Assembly: GCA_016748015.1 (NCBI GenBank)
Contig: JAAOMT010000731.1
Coordinates: 1-55,375, forward strand
Source: Geosiphon pyriformis uo1
Lineage: Eukaryota > Fungi > Glomeromycota
Direction: 5' to 3'
Length of the DNA: 55,375 bases
This document shows, one piece after another, positions 38,648 to 50,094 of the stretch. The notes under the pieces were generated by a model that was not told the origin of the DNA, ran no database searches, and saw only the letters and a program-made list of their open reading frames with translations. A program made the position numbers and the translations under genes. Position 1 is the stretch's first letter. Each line of letters opens with the position of its first letter.

Positions 38648-40033
38648 TTAAGTGTTCAAGTTGGAAGGCTGTTCAATGACAACTATTGGTTCTAAATTTT
38701 GGGGAATGTCTTTGGGATTGATTAAAGAGGAATGTGTACCAATTTGTGAAATTAATGATTCAGGATTGTTTCTGGAATTATAGTGTTTCAAACAATTTCC
38801 ATGTGCAACTTTTGCTAGAATTTTGTCATCAAGTCTTAGCTTGTATGATCCATTGCCTAAAACTTCATGGATAAAGAATAGTCCATCCCATTTATTCTCA
38901 AATTTTTTACTCAATTGTTTTTCAGCTTTAGTTCTGTGTAAGAAAACTTTGTTTCCAATTTTAAATTCATTGGTGACTGGAGGCAATTTGTTATCATGCC
39001 ATTCTTTTTGTTAAGCTTGTGAGTGTTCAATATGGGTGGCTGCTATTTGTCATTTTCCTTTCAATGTGCTAAGCAGAGTGTAGGCTCTTCGCTGAAGCAT
39101 TTCTTGAAAATTGTTTTCATTGATTGGTTGTACTGGATATGTTTCTACTGTGAAACTAATTGATAACGTTGCCATCATTCCATAAGTTAAATCAAATGGT
39201 GTGTGTTTTGTGGTATCTTGTTTTAGTGTCCTATATGCTAGTAACACTGATGGAATAAAGAGATCCCATTCTTGCTCAAAATTGGTTGAAACTTTGGCTA
39301 ATGATTCACACAATGTTCTGTTGAACTGTTCTACTAGTCCATTTGTTTGTGGATGATAGAATGAAGATAATGGTCTCTTGACATTAAATCGTCCACAAAT
39401 TTCCTGGATTAAATTGTTCACGAAATGTGTTCCTTGATCAGATAAAAGTTTTATTAGGCATCCATGTCTACAAATGATGTCTTTATAGATGAAGTTTGCT
39501 ACTGATTTTGCATCTGCTTGTTGAATAGCTCTGGCTTCAGGCCATTTGGTGAGATAGTCTATGGCTACTGCAATATAACAGTTCTCTTGGTTTGTGATAG
39601 GTAGTGGTCCAACTAAATTGATACCAATTCTGTCAAAAGACTGTTCAACTTTAATTGAGTTTAAAGTTTTTGTAGGGCGAGTTCCTCCTCTTTTTTGACA
39701 ACTATTACAAGATTTGACATATTCGTGAATGTTTTTTCTTATTCGAGGCCAAAAGTAGTATTCTAGTGTTCTTTGGGTGGTGCTGGCTTTTTCGAAATAG
39801 GCTGATGAAGGATCTGAGTGTATGTTGTATAATATAGTCTCTTTTTTCTGTTCTTGTATTAATCTGAGTAGTTTGTTTGGGTTTTTGAAATTTTGATGAT
39901 AAATAATGTTGTTGTGTAGAAAATATTGTTTGGCTTGTTGTTGTAGTCAATGTTTTTCATTTAGAGACCAATCTGTTGGGATTGTTAATGTTTCCAAATA
40001 TTGTTTGAGATCATTGTAGTTTTCCGAATTCAT
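38648..40033 (-). pseudogene. Stand-alone integrase ORF of element E
   Basis: ATG at 40033, 62 nt after the RT-RNase H stop (40096-40098); HHCC, DDE and WDG(P/L)F motifs; internal stops. Confidence 0.88.
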
Positions 40034-40095
40034 TGTTTGTTGGCTCTTTTGGTTGGTTAAGTTGAGTGTTGGTTTTTGTGTTTTTTTTTTTTTTT

Positions 40096-41281
40096 CTAAT
40101 TTTGTCTTATTCTGAAAAGACAGTCAACATTGGTATGGAGTTTTCCTGGTTTGTAATGTACGATGTATCGATTGTTTGCTAGAAATCCTGTCTATTGGAT
40201 TTGTTTTGCATTCAGCTGAGTATTTTTGTTCTGAAGCCATTTGAGTCCAATATTATCAGTGATAATATTGAATTCTTTAGGTCTAAGATAAAGGTTGAAG
40301 TGGTGTAGGGCCCAAATTACGGCTGCTGTTTCTAGTTCTGTGGCAGGGTAGTTTTTCTCAACTGGTTTTAATGTTCTGCTAGCATAAGCAATTACTCGCT
40401 CATTTCTGTTGTTATCTAGTTGTGATAAGATAGCATCAAAGGCAGTATAAGAGGCATCTGTTGCTAATTAGAATTGGTTGCTGAAATCTGGGTAGGCAAG
40501 AATTGGAGCTGTCGTTAGTTTTTCTTTGAGAATTTCAAATACATTTTGGCATTCAGCAGTTCATTCATATTTGACATTTTTGGTGGTAAGCTGGTTGAGA
40601 GGTTTTGCGATTTCTGAGAATCCTTTGATAAACTTCTGATAGTAGGAGGCTAACTCTATGAATTCTCTTAGTTCTGTAGTGTTTTGAGGAGTTTTGAAGT
40701 TTTTGACAGTGCTGATTTTTTCAGGGTCTGGTTTGATTCCCTCTTTACTAATGATATGACTAAGGAAGAGCAAGCTTGTTTTTCCAAAGTAGCATTTTTC
40801 GATGTTGAGTTTTAGTCCTGCTTTTCGTAATCATTAAAAAACTTCTCGCAGTGTTTTAAGTGTAATTCGAACGATGGAGAATAAACATCAGTATTGTCAA
40901 GATAAATAACTACTGACTTCGAAAGAAGTCCTTGGTACACAACATTCATTAATCTCTGAAACGTTGCTGGTGCATTGCATAATCTGAAAGACATTATATT
41001 GAACTCGTAATTTCTGCCTTGGGTGGTGAATGTTGTTTTGGGGCAATCTTTGGAATCCATAGCAACTTACCAGTAACCATTTTCTAAATCTAGTGTTGAA
41101 AAGTATTTGGATTTTCCAAGAGCATCTAACATGTCATCAATTTGGGGAAGGGGGTAGGCATCTCCAATTGTAACACTATTGAGTTGTTGATAGTCAACAC
41201 AAAATTGTATATTTCCATTTTTCTTTTTAACTAGCACTACAGGTGAAGCCCAAGAACTCATGGAGGGTTGGATGAGTCCGT
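40096..41281 (-). pseudogene. RT-RNase H part of element E ORF1
   Basis: WASPVVLVKKK, FCVDYQQLN, FSTLDL, NAPATFQRLM, YLDN, ELETAAV, NVDCL. Confidence 0.93.
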
Positions 41282-42194
41282 TGTTACCAGACAAAATTAG
41301 AAATATTATTTAGCATAAAACTATCTTATAATTCCTATCATTAATTAGCATATATTATTGTTTCAAATTATTACTTATTACATTAGCAAAAATGTCTGAA
41401 ATTATCATTTAATTAATAACCCAAATTGTATACAACACAAATATAACCTAATTGCAATGATCAATCATGCAATACCCTGAACTATGTAATATTCAAAAGT
41501 TTGCCAAAATTTATAGAAATTTGCCGAAATAATTGATAGTTTACTGAAATATCTAATAGTTCACAGAAATAACTTGTAGTTTGCCGAAATGTATCTTTAG
41601 TTCAGCAAAATTATAGAAAATAGCAAAGTTCAAGTTCATAGAATAGTGTTACAACAAGTTGTATAAAAGAAGAGCTTTTCTTTTCGAGAAAATGTATCTT
41701 ACTTTAGATTTATCACTTAGAACCATTTCTATACACACAAAAGAAATAAATATCAAATAATTCGAAAAACTAAATTCTTTAATTATTACACTTAGAAAAT
41801 TCCCAAAACTCAACTAATGTTTTGAAATTGATTAGCTACCAATTTCAATAAACTGTTAGTGACTCCAGGCCTGGATCGAAAATGTTTCTCTTGTTAAAAT
41901 CCTATTTCTTTTACATTTCTTTTATTTTTCTTTTTCTTTTCTTATTACAATTATTAGGGTAGCCTACAGACAAGATTCCTGTAGAAGAGTTGACATTTAC
42001 TACAACATAATTACATAAAGTAACTGGCAAGGAATTGGCCATTCCACTTATAAGCCCAGCAGTTCAAATTATAGGAGATAATTTGAAGATAAAATTCAGT
42101 TATTGGAGGTTCAATTACTTCCTGAAAACGTGAATTCACAACAAAATTAACATTAACAACATTCGAGAAAAGAGACCAAAAACCTCTGGTAACA
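41282..42194 (+). repeat. 5' LTR of element F
   Basis: Direct repeat of 50063-50975; TATAAAA at 41662-41668; 20-bp array at 41499-41620. Confidence 0.98.
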
Positions 42195-42196
42195 TT

Positions 42197-42208
42197 TGGT
42201 GCTCTCTT
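42197..42208 (+). promoter_or_regulatory. Primer-binding site of element F
   Basis: TGGTGCTCTCTT, 2 nt after the LTR end. Confidence 0.9.
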
Positions 42209-42239
42209 ATAGAAACAACACAGCAAAAACAACTTCAAA

Positions 42240-45200
42240 GTGGCGACCACACCAGACACAACAACTCTAGAGTATTACCAATCAATTTACACCCATTGCA
42301 AGCAAAGATTCAACATTCCAGACGGAATTGAAGTTGTCAAGAAATCAGTAAACCAATATATTGAAAACCACATCAACCATTATCTTTTTGGAAATTACAA
42401 TATTTCAGAAGTTAGAAGCAACCTTTACAATAATTTAGCACACTATTCACAGTTGGGAACTGAAGACCTTAACAGTGAAACACTTGCCACTTACTTTTAC
42501 AAACTTAATTTCAACATTATCAAATACTGTGAAGAAACATATCCAGTGCAGTCTCAATACACTATTGATTTTGAATCAGAAACAGAAACAAACAACAAAG
42601 GCAAAAACAAATTGAAGCAATACTCAATAACCATCCCAAATATTCCAACACTATCGAAAACAACTGCCAACTATTTACAAACACCTGAACAAGGAACCAG
42701 TTCAAAACTTCCACTTACTATCACACTTTTTCCAGCTTCATTTGTATAAGCACAAACGCCTAATTCACCCTTAAATTGATTTGCAAGACCAGAAGATTTG
42801 ACAGCACTCAGAAGTTCCATCAGACAACAAGAACTCCTTCAAACTAGTTCCAATCTCCTTGATTTTCTAGCTGAAAATTAAAGTGAACACTCTGAGACAG
42901 CAGCAAATGAAGAAAACAACTCTGAAATAACTGAAGAAGAATCAATAGACAGTGAAAAGAAAGAAGACAAAATGACAACATACATCACAAAAATCTCTGA
43001 ATTCAATGGAGAAGATATTGAGACCAGTCTCCAAGAATGGCTCGACCAAGTTACTAAAGCTGGAGATGCAAATAGATGGAATGCTGCCAGAATGTTAAGA
43101 ACAATTTCCTACTTTCTCAAAAGAACAACAGGAGAATGGTTTGAAAACTTGGCCGCCCCATTCAATGATTGGAACGCTTTCAAAGCAGCCTTTCTTGAAC
43201 AGTTTACTGACAATAATACCTCCATCATCCTTCACAATCGTTTTTGAAATATCAAACAAGAACCCCCCGAATCTGTTATGACTTATATTGGAAAATTCAA
43301 CAAACTTCTCAGACAAATTCGCCAACTCAAAACAAATGATTATTATTCCGATGTTCAAATCTTGGATCAATTTATCACTAGTCTAAAAAAAAAACTAATT
43401 AAAAAGGTTCGCCCACATGTGCCAGAAGATTTAAACTCTGCCATACAGCATATGAAAAGATATAAAATGGCCATAGAAAAGGCCAACTGCACAAAACTTG
43501 TAAATTTGGCAATTGGAAAAATCAGCTCAGCAGCCGAGAAAAAAATTGACCAACTCACAAAGAAGATTGAAAACTATTTCACCAATCAACAACAACAGCA
43601 ATCCCAAAAATACCAACCATCCCAAAGATGAAATCAAAATAACTTTGCACCACTTTCCAATAACCAGCCTCAGAATTGTCATTACTGTGGAATCTTTGGC
43701 CACTGGAAAAGAGATTGCAAAAAGCTACAACAAGACCAACAAAATAGAAGTAATCAACGTTACTCTCCACTACAGCAATCTTATTATCAACCACCACCAT
43801 CAGCTTATTATCCACCAAGACCCCAATACCAAAATAACTATTATCAGCCAGCCCCACAGCCAATCCAACAGCAATACCAACAACTGTTCACACAATATTA
43901 TCAAGTACCTGCTTAAAGACTGATTACACAAAATCAATTCATACTACAAAACCGATACCAAGTAAACAACAATAGAATCAGTTCAAACAACCAATTGGTT
44001 TTCCAAAATTCCACTCAGCCAAAACCCAACCACTACCACACTCAACCCAGTTATTTAACAATGCCGGAAGAACAAGATTTTCACCATACTGCACTCTCGG
44101 AAGGTAGAGCTGCAACACAACAACAACCAAACCCTTCCTATACTCCCACCACAATTCCACCAGCTAGAATCATTAAAAATGCTAACCTTTCAGATATATT
44201 CTCTTTTAAGTTTGAAGCAAATGAGTCACCATTTCTGCTTAGCAATGCAGCTGCCAATGAACAAAAAGCAATTATGGCCATGTACACTAAAGCATTATTA
44301 CCTATCAGTTAATGCAACAGTTGAAAAAAAATGTCAACCAACCAGCTCAAACAGTAATCGTCACTACCAATAGCATGAAAAAGACCCCAGTAGAAGAAAT
44401 TGACAATTTTCCGTTCACTCTTAATGGAATTACCATTTCAGTCAAAGTTTTTGTAATAGACACACTCCAGTACCAAGCTCTTGTCGGAAATGATTGGCTT
44501 CAAAAAGCCAATGCTAATCTAAATTGGGAAACACAAGAGTTAACAATCTCCTACCAAGGACAACATGCCTGGATACCTGCCACTTGTGGTACATTCAACA
44601 AATGCTCTGAAAAAGCCCCAGCTTTTGAATTCAAACCGGAAGAGGAAAAACCTCTCATTGAAACATTCATGGCTCTTGGATCAATGTCCAACTGGGCTGA
44701 TGAAACAGAACAAAAACATTTTACCCCACACACTAAACCCGAAACCTCTGGATAGAATATCCCTTACTCAAAACCCAAACCAAGGAAACAATGCCCCTAT
44801 ATTCTCCTTAAATATAAGAACTGCCACAAGAAACTATCATCAATGGAAGCCTGCATTTCACCTGAAGAAGAATATGAAAATCATACTTGTTATTACTGCA
44901 AGGCTTGCCACAGAGAATGATGGGGCCATCTAATAAAAAAGAGCAGAAAATGGGATAACACCCCTTGTTTGACTTGTGGAGATATGCTACCAGAAGAATG
45001 CAATTGAATTGATGTAGCAATGAGAAGAGGAGTCTGCGATCAAACCTGCCAATATGCTTTATCAATTTCAGAAAAAGTAAAAAAAGGAACACCCTTTAAT
45101 GCAGCATACAACAGTGCTCTCAACAAACTTTATCACTACCCCCATGATGCTGAGATAATTTTTGACCTAGCAATGGCATTAATTAATGGAGCTACCAAAA

Positions 45201-47806
45201 AAAATGTCCGTCAAATAAAGGAAGCAGAATACATTGAATACACCATGGAATTAGCTGGATTCGATTATGAAGATGAAGTAGAAGTCTACCACCAAATTGC
45301 AAACCACACCTACCCAATCCAAGAAGCTCAAATTCAACGATTAGAACAAATGAACATTAGGCTATGTGAAGAATGCATTATGCCTTGCGATGAACAGTGG
45401 TGTTCTGAATGCTACACTCTTAGTATCCCCTTGTCCAGCAAAAATGATGAGAATGAAATTGAATTTGGAGAACCTGAAGCAACGGAAGAAAGTAAAACAA
45501 CACTTATCTACCTTATTGAAAATCAGTCTGCCTTACAACTTAAATACTTCAACAACAACAAACAAGGAATAAAACCCGAAAAAACACACGAAATTGATGC
45601 TGGATATGACCTAAGATATCTAGGCAAGGATACTCTTGTTCTTAAACCCAAATTCCTCACAAAAATCAATCTAAAAATTGCACTCGAAATCCCGCCAGGA
45701 ACAATGGTTTAAATTACCTCCCGGTCCTCTCTGGCAAGCAAAAAAATCAATGTCAGAGGAGGAATAATCAATGCTGGATATACTGGAGACATTACAGTGA
45801 TGCTTTAAAACGAAACTGACAAACCATTCAAGATCGAACATGCTGAAAAAATTGCCCAAGCTATTTACCTACCCTTAATCAACATTTCGGGTTTGCAACT
45901 AATCGATCAAAAAGAACAATTAGAAAAAAGCAATAGAGGAACCCAAGGTTTTGGTTCAACTGGACAATTCACAGTTCCAATTAATAAAGCTCTTAACACA
46001 CAGAACAAATCTCACCAGATTCTCAGACTTCCACAACTGATTACCATCTTACTCTTTGAAGAACATCCGGAAATTTACACCTGCCCAAAGCCAACAACCA
46101 CACAACAAATTTTTGAGTCCAATGAACAAGTCTGCTTGGAACATAATATTTTAATCCCAAACATTTATATTCCAGAAGGAACAAAAAAAATCCGAGTTAC
46201 TTTTTACAACCCCAATAATTACCCCATAATTTTATTAAATAATTTAGAAATTGGAGTTATTTACAGTAATATATTTCAACAAGAATTACCCCAAACAGTC
46301 CCCAATTTCTCTGAAATTATTGGACATTTAATACCAAAAATCAACCCAAATTCCAGCTCTGAAAACTACCATGTTGTCATGGAAAAACTATCTCGAATTA
46401 ACATGGGACAACTTGAATCACAACAACAGACCCAGCTCAAAGAGCTAATTGCAGAATTTGCTGATATTTTTGCTGAAAACAATAATGACTTAAAAAGAAC
46501 CAATTTAGTCCAACACCAAATTTATACAGGAAATGCCAAACCAAGAAGACAACAAGCATATTGAGTTGCTCCAGAAAGCCACCAATTCATCCGAGAAGAA
46601 GTACAACGAATGCTTAACAATGGGCTCATCTAACCCTCCATGAGTTCTTGGGCTTCACTTGTAGTGCTAGTTAAAAAGAAAAATGGAAAGATCCGATTTT
46701 GTGTTGACTATTGACAACTTAACAGTGTTACAATTGGAGATGCCTACCCCCTTCCCCAGATTAATAACATGTTAGATGCCCTTGGAAAATCCAAATACTT
46801 TTCAACACTAGATTTAGAAAGCAGTTACTGGCAAGTTGCTATGGATCTCAAAGATTGCCCCAAAACAGCATTCACCACCCAAGGCGGAAATTATGAGTTC
46901 AATGTAATGTCTTTCGGATTATGCAATAGACCAGCAACATTTCAGAGATTAATGGATGTTGTGTACCAAGGACTTCTTTGGAAGTCAGTAGTTGTTTATT
47001 TTGATGATACTGATGTTTATTTTCCATCATCTGAATTACACTTAAAACACCTGCAAGAAGTTTTTCAATGATTACAAAAAGCAGGACTAAAACTCAACAT
47101 CAAAAAATGCTACTTTGGAAAAACAAGGTTGGCCTTCCTTAGTCATATCGTTAGTAAAGAGGGAATCAAACCAGACCCTGAAAAAATCAGTGCTGTCAAA
47201 AACTTCAAAACTCCTCAAAACACTACAGAACTAAGAGGATTCATAGAGTTAGCCTCCTACTATCGGAAGTTTATCAAAAGATTCTCGGAAATTGCAAAAC
47301 CCCTCAACCAGCTCACCACCAAAAACATCAAATACAAATGGACTACCAAACACCAAAAAGCTTTTGAAATTCTCAAGGAAAAACTGACAACAGCTCTAAT
47401 TCTTGCCTATCCAGATTTCAGCAACTGATTTCGACTAGCTACAGATGCTTCATATACTGCCTTTGGTGCTATCTTATCATAACTAGATAACAACAAAAAT
47501 GAGCAAGTAATTGCTTATACTAACAGAACATTAAAACCAGCTGAGAAAAACTACCCTGCCACAGAACTAGAAACAGCAGCCATAATTTGGGCCCTACACT
47601 ACTTCAATCTTTATTTTAGGCCTAAAGAATTTGATATTATCACTGATAATATTGGACTCAAATGGCTTCAGAACAAAAATACTCAGCTGAATGCAAAACA
47701 AATCCAATGGACAGGATTTCTAGCAAACTATCGATACATAGTACATCACAAACCAGGAAAACTCCACACCAATGTTGACTGTCTCTCCAGAATGAGACAA
47801 GATTAG
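42240..47806 (+). pseudogene. ORF1 of element F: Gag-(protease, active site deleted)-Cys-rich domain-dUTPase-RT-RNase H
   Basis: All track fragments fall in one frame once a 55-bp deletion at 44293 is restored. CHYCGIFGHWKRDC knuckle ~43676; ALVGNDWL; dUTPase motifs; YFDD ~46997; ends DCLSRMRQD* at 47804-47806. Confidence 0.93.
45560..45965 (+). pseudogene. dut: Trimeric dUTPase domain within ORF1 (sister copy at ~51635-52030, minus)
   Basis: All five motifs are visible: DAGYDL, SRSSLA, GGII(D/N)AGYTGDI, EKIAQAI, RGTQGFGSTG. Confidence 0.93.
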
Positions 47807-47867
47807 AAAAAAAAAAAAACCACAAAAACCAACACTCAACTTAACCAACCAAAAGAGCCAACAAACA

Positions 47868-49253
47868 ATGAATTTGGAAAACTACAATGATCTCAAACAA
47901 TATTTGGAAACATTAACAATCCCAACAGATTGGTCTCCAAATGAAAAACATTGACTACAACAACAAGCCAAACAATATTTTCTACACAACAACATTATTT
48001 ATCATCAAAATTTCAAAAACCCAGACAAACCACTCAGATTAATACAAGAACAGAAAAAAGAGACTATATTATACAACATGCACTCAGATTCTTCATCAGC
48101 CCACTTTGGAAAAGACAGCACCACCCAAAGAACACTAGAATACTACTTTTGGCCTCAAATGAGAAAAGACATTCACAAATATGTCAAATCTTGTGATAGT
48201 TGTCAAAGAAGAGAAGAAACTCGCCCTACAGAACCTTTAAACCCAATCAAAGTTAGACAGTCTTTTGACAGAGTTGGTATCGATTTAGTCAGACCACTAC
48301 CTATCACAAACCAAGGGAACCATTATATTGCAGTAGCCATAGACTATCTCACCAAATGGCCTGAAGCCAGAGCCATTCAACGGACAGATGCAAAATCAGT
48401 AGCAAACTTCATCTATAAAGACATTATTTGTAGACATGGATGCCCAATAAAACTTTTATCTGATCAAGGAACATATTTCGTGAACAATTTAATCCAGAAA
48501 ATTTGTGGACAATTTAATATCAAGAGACCATTATCTTTACCCTACCATCCACAAACAAATGGACTGGTAGAATGGTTCAACAAAACATTGTGTGAATCAT
48601 TAGCCAAAGTTTCAACCAATTTTGAGCAAGAATGAGATCTCTTTATTCCATCAGTGTTACTAGCATATAGGACACTAAAACAAGATACCACAAAACACAC
48701 ACCATTTGATTTAACTTACGGAAGGATGGCAACATTATCAATTAGTTTCACAGTAGAAACATACCCAGTACAACCAATCAATGAAAACAATTTCCAAGAA
48801 ATGCTTCAACGAAGAGCCTACACTCTGCTTAGCACATTAGAAGAAAAACGACAAATAGCAGCCACCTATATTGAACACTCCCAAGCTCAACAAAAAGAAT
48901 GGCATAATGACAAATTGTCTCCAGTCACCAATGAATTTAAAATTGGAAACAAAGTTTTTTTACACAGAACTAAAGCTGAAAAACAATGGAGTGGAAAATT
49001 TGAAAATAAATGGGATAGACCATTTTTTATCCATGAAGTTTTAGGCAATGGATCATACAAGCTAAGACTTGATGACAAAATTCTAGCAAAAGTTGTACAT
49101 GGAGATTGTTTGAAACACTATAATTTCAGAAACAATCCTGAACCATTAATTCCACAAATTGGTACACATTCTCCTTTAATCAATCCCAAAGACATTCCCC
49201 AAAATTTAGAACCAATAGTTGTTATTGAACAGCCTCCCAACTTGAACACTTAA
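47868..49253 (+). pseudogene. Stand-alone integrase ORF of element F (461 codons, a few premature stops)
   Basis: ATG 47868 is in frame with track ORFs 48078 and 48654; YL..P...YF...Y N-terminus, MHSD..AHFG..CDSC, GIDLV, LSDQG, NGLVE, WD(G/R)PF. Confidence 0.92.
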
Positions 49254-49374
49254 TTTAAATTTATTATTATAGTTATCTTCTTATAATTTAGAAACAATCT
49301 CACAAAAACAAAACAAAAATAACATAAAAACCCATGCACCAAAAATAATTTTCTTTTATTTCAAATTGCTTATA

Positions 49375-50094
49375 ATGACTATTCCTTAAAACATTCAACA
49401 ATTATCCCAAAAACTAATGTTAGCTTTAAAAACAATACCTGAATTATCCATTACAGTTACTGGAAACCACATTAATTATATTCAAAAAGAAGTAGTTACA
49501 AATTTAGCCCCAAATTCACGAAAATTTCACCTGTATAAAAAGAACACAAGAAATTATACTGGAATTCACCTGCCAGAACTTTTAAAGCTTGCTTTAAGAG
49601 AAAATCTAATGCTCACTCCGATTAGTATTCCACCAAAAGCTACAATTCAACAAAGACTTCAACTGTGTCTCAATGAGGAAAACAGTGAATATCCTCCAAT
49701 CTATAAATATTTTCACATTGGAAAAACACTCTACGAATGGAAACTGGAACTTACAACAGCAAACCTCACAAAAGAAGCTATTCATAAACAACTCCACAAC
49801 AAATTCAAGACAACAGCTGAATTAACAAACAGTCGCTACAGGCTCAGAACTGCTCTTAGACTTTATGACCTATTTCACACCTGTGAAAACATACTACAAA
49901 ACCCAATTTTTTAACCTTTGAAGATTCAATACATTGGAAAGCTTACAGAACTGAAATTTCAACAATTTTTAGACCAAATTTCTTCAATAATTTTGGATTA
50001 TTATCTGGAAATAACAAACAGTACTTAGACTTCAATGGAGCTCAGTCTTGAGGAGAAGGTTATGTTACCAGACAAAATTAGAGATATCATTTAG
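49375..50094 (+). pseudogene. ORF3 of element F
   Basis: Collinear with intact 37807-38526; three C-to-T-type premature stops; natural stop inside the LTR at 50092-50094. Confidence 0.85.
50050..50059 (+). promoter_or_regulatory. Polypurine tract of element F
   Basis: GAGGAGAAGG, 3 nt before the 3' LTR. Confidence 0.9.

Noticed and set aside
42011-42259. Antisense ORFs across LTR U5 (42011..42259, 50792..50989) and other short antisense ORFs in the TEs
   Set aside because: No recognisable motifs; frames are not conserved among LTR copies; expected shadows of stop-poor strands.
48960-49253. Chromodomain at the integrase C-terminus
   Set aside because: Only the GPY/F (SH3-like) module and a short Pro-rich tail are visible; no chromodomain aromatic-cage pattern.
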